Below are positions 1 to 13,289 of a stretch of DNA of 59,846 bases, in pieces. Numbering within the stretch: position 1 is the stretch's first letter; the number at the start of each line of letters is the position of its first letter. The notes below the pieces were generated by a model. The model saw only the letters and a list, made by a program, of their open reading frames with translations, ran no database searches and was not told the DNA's origin. Source of the DNA: Selaginella moellendorffii (Eukaryota; Plantae; Lycopodiophyta); contig NW_003314351.1 of assembly GCF_000143415.4 (NCBI RefSeq), positions 650,697 through 710,542 of the forward strand. Direction: 5' to 3'. A program made the translations under genes and the position numbers.

Positions 1-3000
1 AAGGATTCAAACATTCTAATATCAATCACTAACTCCCCTTCTCATAAAGCTAGCATAGTCTATGACTGAATCACTTTTCAAGGAAAAGGCAAAGCTCAAC
101 CCCTACTAAATAATCTTGTCTAGAACACAACTAACTCAACTTGCCACTTAGTTCATTTGAACATCAACACAGTTGCTAACTAGCAATGCACGAATGCCAA
201 TAACACAAAACCCTAACCGAATTATCAACACTATTTTTATCGAGACTAATGGAACTTGACATCAATCTTTCAGAAAGACATCTCATTTCACTTGAATCTC
301 AACATCAATAATGTCAATGACAAGGCATCACTTCATTGCCATCAACAACATAACAAAGATAGAAGAAAACAAGAGTGAATCACCACCCAAAACTCTTTAG
401 GAACCAAGCCAACCAAAGTCGAAGATACTATACTTAGTATCTGAGACCAATCCTTCAATAATACTCAGGTATAGATAACACATCATCAAGGAGTGATTCA
501 CCACATCCAAGACTCAATGAAATCCAGCACCACAAACTAAACATAACCAAATGATATTGATGGAGGTAAAGTTAACATACCAATACAGAAAAACAATATA
601 AGTCTAACAACACAATCCTCTGCAACACCATCTGGTAAAGCAAGCCCATCACTGCTAAATCATCATCGAGCGAAGCAAGTGTTAAACAATCCTCAACAAA
701 GTCTATAAGCAATCACTAGTCGCAAAGCAACTAACAACCACTCTTCAACTTGTCTTTACAAGACCCAAACACTAAACTCATATCATCAAGTCATACACTC
801 ATCCAACATGAACATAATACCTCATGTACGAGATAAAGGTTCATGGACAAGCATGAACTAAATAACCACTCAAATCCAACTCAACCGCGATAAGCTCACC
901 AATGCATTTAGCCAACAGCTCTGAGCATGTCTTGAAGATACTAGCTATGCATGATCAACACTCAGTCGAAACTAAAGTGAAGACCATGAGATGGACTCAT
1001 ATCGGTACACAACCTCCTAATAGACAAAGTTATAGTATGGGTACCAACATCTCAACATCAAACAACTAAGTTAGACATCGCCATCCTCAGCCAAGGCACA
1101 GGACTACCAAGACTAAGTCAAGATCAATGAGAGCTCACTACTCTCATAGAGTCTAACGAAGTGCAAAGTGCAACCTGCCACCAAGCACAACGCTACAGAA
1201 GAAAGGCATAAGGGTCACCTTCTTAGAAAAGTGCAACAACCACTTTTCTGCACCAAGTTCAGACTCTATCCAACTCAATTGCCTTAGCCCCAAAAGTTAG
1301 CATCCCTTTCGAGCTGCATCATACAAACTACTTACTAAGGTTTAGGCTCACCGAAGTCAACTCTAACCCTTTCACTAGTTTGTATTGGCTTACGAAAACG
1401 GAATGGTTTTCGAGCAAAGTGATCAACAGATCAGCCATTGGAAAAACCAAAGAAAATTTGTGGAAAATTTTCCATCTTAGAGAAACAATGACTCTTAGTC
1501 CAGAAAAACAAACTTCCAAGACTCAACCAACTTCCTCTTACACATAGGTTCACCTCAACACCAATTCTCATGACCCATAGTATGCTTAACCTTCGAACAT
1601 CTTTTTGCCCATACTTCCGACATCTAACACCGACATCCGTAAAATGCAAAGTGAACATCCAAGACTTGATCACGAAGACCACATCTTCGGATATCCACAT
1701 TACACTAACACTTCCCTTCAACCACCTTCAAGATCCAATATGAAACCAAAACACTAATAAAAAAAATAACATGGAAAATCAAGCTCTCAAGAAAATTCCT
1801 CATCACTCAAACAATAATGCCACTTCCACTAACACAAATGCTAGCAATGTCAATGATTCAACTACACACCTTCTCTATCCAACAATCTACTCCAAATGCT
1901 AACGGCTAAACCAACAAGTCGTAGCAAGTGAATGCTATAACCTTTTTCCAACACCCCAATAGGCAAACTCCCCAGGAAACAATATACCAACTTAAGCTTA
2001 GCATAATGGACCACCATCGAGAATTTAGTTAAAGCTACTACAATACTACTACGTGCAAGTAGACTAGGTTCACCATCAACCACTTTGGGGTTGATCATCG
2101 TTTAACCAAGCAACTTTGTAAACACATTGCTCACTATCACATGGATATGATATAAGAAATCACAATGAATTGATCATCAATTGAGCAACACCACGAGCAA
2201 CACTCATGTTATTACTTCAAAGGTTTATGTTAGTATCAAGTGTCAACTCAATTACTAAACACCACTAACTTTTGTTCACAACATGGACAAGCTCATGCCA
2301 CTCTCTATCCGACCAAACTCAACACTAATCCAACACCAAGCTACTCAAGGAGCAATAGCAAGATTCTCCAGAAAAGAATTGAGCATTGCAACCCAAGTCT
2401 TCCAATAGCAAGTCTAGACAAAATGGTTTAACGCTTTACCGCTATCCATCCCACAACTCACTATTTGTAAGACATCATCTTCAAGATGCATCAAGGTAGG
2501 GACTTTTGATTGCATAATATGCGATTGGAGTCACTACCTCTTGCACAAAGCTCATCGCCGGCTGCAAGAGAAGATTATCAAGAGGAGCAGACCATATAAA
2601 TCGAGGTGGCGAGCGAACAAACACGCGCGAGCAAAAGGCAAGGCCAACTTTGTGAATTAACAACCTATTCACGAGCAATGAGTTAACACCTCATTGCAAA
2701 TAATCTCTCCAAGAAGGGAAGATGATTTACGTGTTTGATCCTTCGTCCCCGACAACTCTCTTTTCAGTCTCATCTTTGACTAAACCTCAAGCTTGCTTTC
2801 ACACTGCCTTCAGTCCAATCTTAGAAAAGTTTACAAGAGAGCACAGCAATGACTACTTGAACTAATAGACTAATCCCTACAGTCTTAATTGATCCACTCA
2901 TAATCATGCCTAGGAAGGATCTACTAGTGCTGTGCTAAGCAGCTACGGACCAGCCTATTTGCCACTCATAGCAAACCTAGAGAAGGTTTGCTTTAACTCA

Positions 3001-3342
3001 TGGTACATGGAACAACTCATGGAATCACTGGAACAACTCATGGAACCACCGATAGGCTAACATTAATCTTGCCAACTCAAAGTGTAACCTCGACTTGCTA
3101 ATGTGCCTCACTTACGAGCCCAAGCGAAAACTCATATAAAATGGTACACCTCAAATCCATCCTATGAGCCCAAGAGCAAACTCACACAATATGGCACAAA
3201 AAGGTAACAAAAAGCATACCCAAGGAACGATTGTGAAGCCTTTGTACCCAAACATGTACCCACTCGGATCATCATTTTCATCTCTGCATATGCAACGAGA
3301 CTAGTTGCCCAATCTTATTGGATAGTATCGCTGAGACTCATC
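1..3342 (-). mobile_element. Heavily decayed internal region of an LTR retrotransposon (family 'E'; gag/protease remnants)
   Basis: Lies directly inside the PBS at 3343-3353. The minus-strand ORF 1431-1721 has a gag-like remnant (EVNLCVRGSWLSLGSLFFW, compare EVDSWLELWESCW in the 16087-17082 gag). Inverted homologous copies occur at ~5370-6020 and 48815-49300. Confidence 0.6.
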
Positions 3343-3353
3343 CTCTGATACCA
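3343..3353 (-). other. Primer-binding site (tRNA-iMet)
   Basis: ctctgatacca is the reverse complement of TGGTATCAGAG, 2 nt from the TG at 3356. Confidence 0.85.
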
Positions 3354-3355
3354 AA

Positions 3356-4883
3356 TGTTGCGAATGTGGTTTTTACCCTTTATCCTATGGTGGTTTACCA
3401 TAGGATAACACCATGAAGCGGAACCTAAACCCTCTTTATGCCACGTGACACGTGTCACATGTCATATACCACGTGTCCAAAGGACAGTGGTGCGGAACCC
3501 GACGTTTAGGGCCTTGAGCCACTGAACGAAGGAACAGTGCCAAACTCCCAGGCATAGAGCCAAGGTACCAGTGACATATCGGCCCGTTACGCTAAGGCTA
3601 TGCCCATTCACTTTGGTCACACCGGTGGTCTGACACCACCTACATCAGACTCCCGTCTCTTAAAGACTGGGCCATCCGTCCATGAGTGATCATCCCAGAC
3701 CCACTCCTTAGCATCCTTAGGATGCCCATAGACATGAGGAATAGCCTTCCTCAATATCCCTTTTCTGGTCCCCACCAAGTCCCTTTCTGCCTATGGACAT
3801 ATTCGCCAACACTGCCACTGGATCGAGGCCCACAGGCTCGACCACTAAGTCCCACGATTCTTTGGGACTTCCTCACCACACGACTGTATCCTTGGTCACT
3901 ACACCAGAGGACTACTCCTCTTCCTTTCCACAGTCTGGGCCTTTGGGACAACATTTCGGAACACTGTGGCCCTACGCGAGCCTCATGGGTACTCTCCCTA
4001 CCTTCTACCTTTGGGTGCTCTAGCCATGGGCTTAGAGCAAGGTCCCATTGAGCCATGCCAGGTATCCAAGTAGGTAGTGCCACCCACACTTGGACTTGGA
4101 GCATCGATCATTCGATCTCTCAGGGGAACTAGAGCCAGCTTTTGAACACTTCACTAAGCTACCTCGCTTGTCGGTCTGTATTCACTCTAGCTTTGGACTT
4201 CCCAGTGGTTATCCCATCACCCAACACTTGGGTACAGCCTTCTTGGGACAAACTAGCCTTTCCTGGCCAAACTGGCTCCACTGGAGTCCTCCCCCTACTA
4301 TACTTTTGGAGCTCACCAAACCCCCCAGGGTCTGGGAGACGAACACTTTGGGCTTTCACCCTCTCAGACTCGAACTTGGACTCGGACTCGGACTCGAACT
4401 CAGACTCGGGCTCGAACTCAGACTCAGGCTTGGGCTCAGTCTCGGCCTCGGTCTCGGTCTCGGTCTCGGTCCCGGTCTCAGTCTCAATCTTGACTTCAGA
4501 CTCCATCTCGGGTCCTTCTTGGACTCCATCTCGGATTCCATCTTGGACTCCATCTTGGACTCCATCTCGGACTCCATCTCGGGTCCATCTCGGACTCCAT
4601 CTCGGGTCCATCTCAAATTCCATCTTGGACTCCATCTCGAGTTCAGCTCAGACTCCATCTCAGACTCCATCTCGGGTCCTCTTGTGTCCCTCTTCTAGAG
4701 ACTCACTTATTGCTTGCTTTGTGCTTGTTCCCTGAGCACTTCGTTGGGAGTTACACTCTCGCTCTCAACCTTTCAAGTCGAAGCTTTTCCAAACGTGTTA
4801 CGTTTGTTTGGCTTTCGCTTCGGCCTCTACCACATGGCACCCTTTCGGCTCCACTTTGGGGCCTAGGGATTTTGTGTCTCACA
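3356..4883 (-). mobile_element. Chimeric LTR (family B end fused to family A body, with satellite ~4367-4680)
   Basis: TG...CA termini. 3356-~3560 matches the LTR starts at 38891 and 51904; after 'ccaagg' it matches family A LTR to its gggattttgtgtctcaca end. Confidence 0.75.
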
Positions 4884-6020
4884 CATACCTTCTTGGCCAG
4901 CACTCCCAAGCTTCTTGTCCAACTGGGGCTCAGCCTTCTCCCCTAAGTCACTCAAATGTTAGACTTGCTAGTCCTATGACCTATAAGGTTGTAGTCGCAT
5001 GGCTATTCTTGAGATGCTACCTCAATTAAATATATCTTTTTATATTCACATCCTATCTATAAGAACCATTCTCTAACACTTAAGTATCCCCTTTTGTTCC
5101 ATGTGGGCTACTTTGCACTTTAGAACTATTTTTTCACAATATAAGAACATCAACTCATTCTTCAAGTACACCCCCAACTCCTTGGGTTATTCCAGCATTC
5201 ATTATAGGTAGCCTAAGCTACCATTTCAAGTCTCAAATTTATGAACACCATACTCTACTTCATGAGGCTAATCCTATAACTCCTTATGTTAGCCTATTGG
5301 TGGTTACTATGTTATTGTGGTAAAAATTGAACCTCCCATAGGTTCACATTAATCATCTCTCTTTTGAGAGATGATTTATATTGAGGTGTGATCTCATTGT
5401 TCATATTCACATAATACAATCATACAATTAAGAGTCCCTACTTTGATGCGTATTGGTTGTAGTGGTCTTATAAGTGGTGTGTTGTAGAGTGGATAACTAT
5501 AAAGAAGTAAACCATTTTGCTTAGGCTTGTCATTGGAAAGCTTGGGTTACAATGCTAAATTCTTTACAAGGGAACTTTATTGTTGTTTGAATAGTTTTGT
5601 GTTGGATTAATTTTGAGTTTGATTTAAAAAAGGGTGGCATAAGTTTGTCTGTGTTATGAATAAAACTGGTGATGTTAGGTGTTATAAATCTTTATTAGTG
5701 GGGTGTAGCATTTATGTTATATTTTGCCATAGAGTTGGCACTTGGTAGTGATATGCTTGCTTGTGATATTGTTCAAGTCATTGTGATTCTTATATTATAT
5801 CCTTATGATTGTGAGCAATGTGTTTGCAAAGTTTCTTGTTCAAATGATGATCAACCCCAAAGTAATTGATAGTAATGCTAGTCTACTTGCAAAATAGTAT
5901 CATTGTAAAAGCTTTGAGTGGGTTCTTAAGAGATGATCCATTATGCTAAGCTGATGTTGATGCCTTATTTCCTATTAAGTTTGCCCATTAAGTGTTAGAA
6001 AAGGTTGTAACATTCATATG
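4884..6020. mobile_element. Decayed retroelement fragments
   Basis: ~5140-5230 resembles family A internal 57615-57690; ~5370-6020 is an inverted, diverged copy of ~1920-2740. Confidence 0.55.
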
Positions 6021-6029
6021 CTATATTCC

Positions 6030-7180
6030 TGCAGTGAAACTGGCTTTTAAATAAGGATCATGACGCAATGGAGTGTGCCAGGGATACTGAAAGCTACATG
6101 AACATATGACTGCTTACATTTGCACAACTTTGAATCAATAAATCCCATGAGGAGGGCATTGTCCACAGACTCTTGATGATGCGATTGTAATCACTGAGAG
6201 TGTGGAGAAAGGCTTGAAGAGGGCATCAAAAGCCGAACGGTGAGCTGCTATTTTGCCTTAAGCACTAGAAAGTTGCATCCTCGTGGAGGTGCTTAAATGG
6301 TGCAGCAAAATTTGGTCAAACAAAAACCAGCCTTGTCAATAAAATGTCTTGAGTGAAGAAAGAGGTGGACTCCGGTGAATCTCTGCAAAAAGTGATCTAA
6401 GATGTCAAAGTTGACAAGCCTTATGTGACAAAATATGTGGTTTCTGGGATTGACAATTCTACTAAGAAGCGAACATTTAACCACTATTGATTTTTCCTGC
6501 TGCACTTGCGAAACGTCTCTATGAAACGTAAAGAGACTGGCTTTGGAGTAATTCCTATTCTAGTATCTGTAGCTATCAATAATTATTATTGGAAATCCAT
6601 GCAAAAAGCTATTTTAAACATAGAGAACGTAGTATAATATGGCAACGATATAGCTAGTTCTGTCGACTTTCTCATTTCTGTATGTTGTGCCTTGGACTGG
6701 GGAATTGCAGCTATCGGTTTATTGGGTAATTCATATGAAAATGTACATAAAAGAATAAAATAGCGAGCTAGCCTCTTCCCAAGTTCCCAGTGATTCTGGG
6801 CTTAACTTTAGGATCTAACTTCCACACAAACTTCCTTGCAAGTAGGTCAAGGATGATCAAAGAGTGTAATGGCTTTTGGTCGGCTTGCTTGTAGACTGCA
6901 AAGAGTGCTTTTATTTATTTACTGCAAAGCACACCTTCAAAGTCACATGCTGCTGGATAAACTTGCTTCTTCTAAAAGATATAACATTGTAAGGGAGAGA
7001 AAATCAAACTAAACTTACATTGCTTTTACAAACTGCGAATATCATAGGTACAAACGCGTGAGTCGTGTAATTGCACCTGAAATGTCCAGTTTACTTTATG
7101 ACACAGAGGAAAGGAAAATAAATAACGCACCTGGGGTGCACACTTGGCGTTTTTCTCCTGCTTCAGGCCCGCCAAAAATT
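6030..7180 (-). other. Chain of short putative spliced exons (gene tail, separate gene or pseudogene)
   Basis: GT..AG introns of ~40-55 nt join an open frame CNYTTHAFVPMIFAVCKSN/KKQVYPAACDFE/VYKQADQKPLHSLIILDLLARKFVWKLDPKV. The most 3' candidate exon has stops in all frames. Confidence 0.3.
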
Positions 7181-7199
7181 TATCTAGAGCTTTTTCTTG

Positions 7200-10100
7200 C
7201 TAGTATAGTGGCTTCTGAGGTTCCAGCAAAACATTGTCTGGCCTCTTTCTATTTGCACCAGCAACTCGATGACAAACATTCACATGTATCCTGCCTGCTT
7301 CAAGCCTTATGTTTGTTCTTTGACAGCTTTTGCACCCTATTTTGTGATCCTTTCTATCGGCAGAGGTCAAATTCAGTTTTTTGGAGCTCGCAAGCTGCTT
7401 CTTGAAGTTTTTTCCACTCTCATAAAAGCTCTCTGCATAGCTTTCAATGAAGCTGCAGCTTCTGCTTTGTGCTTTACTGCTTTCATTGAGTGTAGGTCCT
7501 AGATGCTGTCTCTGAATATCCGAACAACCATAAGAAGAAAAACCATTTTCAAGTTCTTGTCCATCGTCTGGGAACTCTTCAGATTTCTTGCAATGTCTGC
7601 AACTTTCATGCACCTTAGTTGTTGGACAGTCCGTTTTCACTGGAGACTTCCGCCCTGTCATTTGATCATTCAGCTTACCATTACGCGCGGCAAGCATTCT
7701 AAACACCTTCACTAATTCCGCTCCCAGCACTCCACATTTACTTTCTGCCAGAGCTGCTCCTTCAATGGCTGACTGAACACCGACCCTATAGTGTTCTACT
7801 TTGGAATCCAAAATCCTGAGAAACAAAAATTAGTATCGTTTTAAGTTAGAGGCCACGTGTTTTGAAGTACCTTAAGTTGGTAATGGTAGCAGATGCCACA
7901 TGCTCTACCCGTCCCTCTAACGTGTCCACTCTTGTGTGAAGAAGCTCCACACACGCTGTAGTTGAAGAAGCTTCAACAGTTTCTGGTCCTTCACCACCGT
8001 CAGATCCCATCAATGTCATAAAACTTTCAGCAGCTGCAAGCCTTTCGTTCATGTCCTTCAGCTGCCCGGTGAGCGTGTCGTATTTTGGTTCCCATGTTGT
8101 GATTTGTTTCTCTAGATCACTTGCGCTAGCACGCACTTCTTTGATTGATCGTATAAAGTCATTTTGAGTATTCTCTATCTTGCGAATTTTCTTTCCCATT
8201 TCACTCATTTTATCTAAAATCACCGTCCTTGATTTGGTTGCATCTCTCACCTTCTGTCCCAGGTTTTCAAGCTCGCCGCACAGGCTGGAATACTTCTCGT
8301 TGTCAAAATTGGTATCGATATGGTCTAGTTTTCTCAGTGTGCTACGCATTTGGTCGTCGAGCCTGTGAAGCTCACTTTGTGTTACCTCGTGATGCTTTTC
8401 GATATTTGCGAAAATAAGCGGATCGTTGGTAGCACATAATGAAGTTTTAGCAAGGTTCGCAACACTCTCCTCCAAGTTTTGGATGCGATTGACGATTGCA
8501 GTTTGCTCGAGGCGTGTTGCTTGAAATGTGTTACCAGCTTGCACAATATTTTCTCGTGCCATGGTTCCCAACAGTGGATTTTCATTCTCTAATTGAAAAT
8601 TCTCCACAGCAAAACTCCATTCTTCTTTCAACTTTTGGAGACCCATATTGTATTTTTCATAAAGCTTTGCTGTTGTCTCGACCTTTTCTCTCATAGAGCT
8701 TTCCAACTGCAAGCACTTTTTATTTCTACGTTTCATCTCTGCCAAGAGCAACTCTGACCGAGCTGATGAAGAAGAATCCAAACATACTTTCAAACTCGAT
8801 ACCTCAGCCTTTACATCTTCCAAACCTCCTAGATAGAGCTGTGAGAGATGTTCTACCCTGTCCATAATGACAGCCTTTTCTTTTTCTGCTTCAATAAGTA
8901 TTCTCCCACTAATGGCCTCGTGCTCATTTTTGAACGCTTGAAGTTCAGTTTTTGTTGCGAAACCATCCGCTTGAACAGTTTTAGCAAACTTTCTGTAATC
9001 CAGACATTTCAACTCTGCAATTTGCTCTTTAATTTCCGCACCGTCCGCTACAAGCTTGGATATGCGATGGCAGCAGTCTTCCATTCGAATGTCATTATCC
9101 TTCAGGCTTTCACACGCATTGTGCACTTCCATTCTTATGCGCTTTGTTTCATAACGGAGGGTCTCCTGTTCCTTTTGCAAGCCGCCCCTTGCTTTATCTA
9201 CGCATTTCATCTCATTACGAACAAGAGAGAGTTCACTTTTCATGTCCGACAGCGCCTTCTCAGTTCCAGCTACGAAAGTTTTGAACTGCTGCGATATGAA
9301 TTTCTCCGCCCTTTTGTCCACCAAATCTTCAACATGTCGAGCATGCTGACTTCGCCAGGCTTCCTCATGGGCTTTCAGCTCAAGTTTCACCTCCTTTTTC
9401 AGCCTTTCTAGGTCCGTCACATTTAATGTCGAGGTCTCTGATTTTTCGAGTCCTCCAGCGCAATGAAGAATTTCGTCTCTTTTTGCCTCCCTTCGTCTAG
9501 AGTCCTCCATTCTGTGTCTGAAAGTTTTTATTTGTTGGCTCTCATCATCTGTGCCACTCTTGGCATGACCGATCTTACCTGTCGACCTGCCTTTCGTCTC
9601 AAAGCCATTGCCGACAGGAGATTCTTTTCTACCTTCCGCCGTGAGTAAACCCCATCCTGATGCGATAAAGTTTTTTAACACGTCCAGGTCTTCTGTCTTT
9701 CTCTTGTCCTTTTGCTCGTAAGCCTCAATCCTTTGCTTTCTGCAGTTCTCTATGATACTGTTCTTTTGTTCAAGCTCCAGATTTTCCAAAGCTTTCAAGG
9801 TTTCTCGAAACTCCTCCACGGACGTTTCTGCATTGCCCGTCCCTAGAAACTGCCTATATTATGTTTTCATGGCCGGTNNNNNNNNNNNNNNNNNNNNNNN
9901 NNNNNNNNNNNNNNNNNNNNNNNNNNNNNNNNNNNNNNNNNNNNNNNNNNNNNNNNNNNNNNNNNNNNNNNNNNNNNGGCATGAAGCTCCATCACTACAC
10001 TCCCGTACACGAGGCTTGCCAATCACTGTAATTTCGCCAAGCAACTGGTATCGCATGTGTCCCAAACATGACACTTTCACTAGACTCCCCACTGTCCTCT

Positions 10101-10250
10101 TCTGTCATTGAATTTACCATATCGTCATCAACAGAGCCTTCTAAGCACGTTTCCAGATCCTTTATTCTTTTTTTCACATCTTCTAGCTGTGACTCAATTT
10201 CCATCTTTTCATGCGACCTTCCTGTCACTGAATGCTTCACTTGCCATTTG
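7200..10250 (-). CDS. Large uncharacterised coiled-coil protein (>850 aa, multi-exon, spans an N gap; start codon unresolved)
   Basis: Exon ~9842-7871 (657-aa heptad-rich E/K/L ORF) splices via a 55-nt GT..AG intron (7870-7816) in frame to the exon at 7815-7200. An upstream coiled-coil exon lies at ~10250-10120 (MEIESQLEDVKKRIKDLE). Confidence 0.7.
9878..9977. other. Assembly gap (100 N)
   Basis: Run of N. Confidence 1.
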
Positions 10251-11650
10251 CTACAGCAGATGGATCAATGAGACTAGAATCACCAGGATTCCCCGACCTA
10301 ACACGCTTGGTATACCGTTAGCACCGTCATGGTGCCACGTGGCCCAGTACTCAATATCTAACACTAGAAATTGCCCAGCAGAGGGAGTTTGAAATAACCT
10401 TTTTCTAGTGTTTGTGAAGTTGTGGAAAATTGTATGGCTAAACTTTACAATAAGCGATCCGCGACCGACGGCCACCTCCACAAGGCAGCCCAGAACATCA
10501 GCTTGCCAGATGTTTCTTTGAGTTAAAGTAGAGGAGAGCAATGCACGATGTTAGAATGCAGTGTGAAGGCATAGATTGAATCCCATCTCCATTCCTGTTG
10601 GCTGTTGCTCCCAGGGTGTCCTGCTCCAAGTAAAGTTGAGCATTTCAAAAGCCTGATATCAAGATTTATACTACAATCAAATTCAAGACAAACTTACCAC
10701 CTCAAAAGCACCAGTCAGGATCGTTGCTCACCACAGGAAACTCCCCGGGGTCTTCAGTGGAAGACATGGGATCATATGAGCACTATGTGGATCGCCACAT
10801 AACAAAGATGTTCTTTGAATTTCTTTCCGAAAGAACAAACCAAAACTTACAGTACTCGAAGAAATCACTCCCACCATACGAAATCAAATAAGGCTTCTGC
10901 AAAAATTGATTTAGCGACCAAAAGGGAGAAAAAACGAGACTTACAAAGTCTTTACACAGCCTTGCAAACTGTTCTTTGTCCAGTGCAGGAAAGGTAGCGG
11001 TGATCACAGCGATCACCGTGAGCTCTAATGCGAGGTCACCCCTGGTTGCCGTGGTCGAGGGTCAGGATCACTTGTGGCTGGAGTGGAGTGGAATTGAAAC
11101 TGAGTACGCCCCCACTGGATTCCATGCTCCTGCAAGATGTGTTCTGTCCACTGTGAATAGTTAGTGGTCAACATGACAGAAAAACCTAATAAACTTGCAT
11201 TTCTTTCACACGATCTTGATGAAAAGGGCCCATCACAACAGAACGAAAGAGCTATAAAGAAAAAGGAGAACAACAATCACGTTTACAAATTGACCTCTCC
11301 AGCATCTGGCAGCAGTCTAGTCGTTGCTGCTTTTCACCCGGGCCAATCGCCATCGTGTTGCACAAGCTCGCATCGCTGGGGCTCACTCGAGCCCACGCCC
11401 GCTCATCTCCACATCCACCAGCCCCGCTGCTCGCGCAGCTACACTACATGCATGTTACAGCTGTCAAGCCCCTCGTCTTCCCTCCTCGGGCACCCGTGCG
11501 CGCTGCCAATTGGAAGCCAAAACCAAACCTGATAAATACCGACTCTAGAGCGTGAGACCATTGATTTAACTATTCGAATATCCATCTTTTGTTAGGTTTG
11601 CAGCAAAGCGGCAGGTCAAAATCATCATGTTCAAAGCCACTGGAAAAGAA

Positions 11651-12647
11651 ATGGATGAAATTGGAGGTTCCGGATTCTCCCGGACTCGTAAATTCGATGA
11701 CGCGGCACGGAAAGACCGAATTTTTCATCCCAAGTCGGCAATCTCGGTTCGTTTTTTCGTAAGTTTTTGTTTGGAGTTTCACAGTCTCTTAGGTTGATGT
11801 TACTGCACTTGAGAGACAAATACAAGAAAAGACTTTAAAAAGAGAAATACAAGAGGACAACAGGAAGAAACTTGGTGCGATCTTTAGTTTTCTCGCAATA
11901 CTAAATGTTTATTTGCAGAACACATACAGGCGTATCAGTTGCACAAATGGAATCAGACGGATGAGAAACTGAGGTTTATACGGACATTATAGTTCCACTC
12001 TTCAAAAAACGTCGTTGATGGCAGACAAGGTAGAATTGAACTAAGACGTGATCTTGAAGATAAGTGGAGGAAACAAGATGACGAGTTTCAAGAGAGATGG
12101 AAAAAGAAATACCACGTTTTTAATGCCTATGATCCTGTAAGGCAAACAGCTTTTTAGCATTCCATACGAGTATGAGTAGATTACTGTCCAGATAACCATA
12201 GTTCCAGCAGAGCGTTACATGCAACAAGATCAAGAAGCCACGTTAGATGCCACAAGAAAAAACGCAGTGAATGATGTGGTTGCTCGACAAATTCAAGAGA
12301 ACGTTATGAAAAAGCAGCAGGAGGAGGACGAGTATTGGGCTTATGAGCATGGTCAAATGGGTGCAAGAGCAAGGCTAAAACGATGCGAGGAGGAGGTAAG
12401 AGAAATCACAGTGAGAAAAGTGTCAGTTTGTTCCTCTTGCAGATTGCAAATAAGCTAAGGCTGGAAAATGAACTGCTGAGTGAGGATCATCTGCACAACG
12501 CAAGACTTAAGCGAGAAAGGTTATTTTATTTTAGTTCTTTTCTCACCATAATATTTATAAAACAGGGAGCAGCAGTATCAACAGGATGAACACAACTATC
12601 AAATCCATCATTCGTTTTTCGACCAGTTTGGTAGTACGAGTCGTTAA
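11651..12647 (+). CDS. RIB43A: RIB43A-family (RIBC) ciliary microtubule inner protein, 7 exons, ~235 aa
   Basis: Exons 11651-11746, 11793-11874, 11919-11973, 12025-12136, 12192-12395, 12443-12519 and 12566-12647 splice in frame with GT..AG introns. N-terminal RKDRIFHPKSAISVDVTALERQIQEK and C-terminal FFDQFGSTSR* match the RIB43A terminal motifs (R..RIF...IGVD..AL..Q..EK; F.QF.T.SR). Confidence 0.85.
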
Positions 12648-13289
12648 CTGGAGCGGAGACAAAGCATTCATGAATAACTGAACAGTACTAGATTGAGGCT
12701 ATTCGTGTCATTGCAGGTTAAATCTAAAACATAGTGCCGTTCTTTATGTGCCAGATTTAGCATACACTTCCTAGACCAGGGCTTAGACTTTTTGTCAGTC
12801 TTGTGGTGGTTCATAAGATCGCTCGAGAGGGAACCCATCAGTCGAGAAGGATAAGGGAGGATTTTGGTCAGCAACAAAAAGCAAATGTAACAATTCCACA
12901 GTCTCCTGTATCCTCTATTTGATTTGTCTTTTTCCTCTTCCCCTACCTTCCTTTTTCGGCTAGAAAGTTGGAAAAAGCTACTGACTTTAGTGAGTGCAAG
13001 ATCAAAGAGTATGCGAGACAGTCATATTAATTATCATTAGTTCTATGTTTTCAAATACGATCTGATACAATTTAGGACTGGAACATGGAAGGGGCGGAAA
13101 GAGGGGGGAATGAAAGCTCTGACATAGCGGCAAGATCTGCTTGAAGGGCTGGACGCCCATTTGTAGATTGCTATAATGACAGCATTTTAAACCTTGAATC
13201 TGTGCCACCCAGAAGTCTCATACATAGCCCCAATTGGCACAAATATAAGGCTGGGTGAGTCTCTTGAAGAACTCAAGAAGCACAAAGAC

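Noticed and set aside
8848-9411. Plus-strand 187-aa hydrophobic ORF and similar antisense ORFs over genes and pol
   Set aside because: Antisense shadows of real coding sequence.
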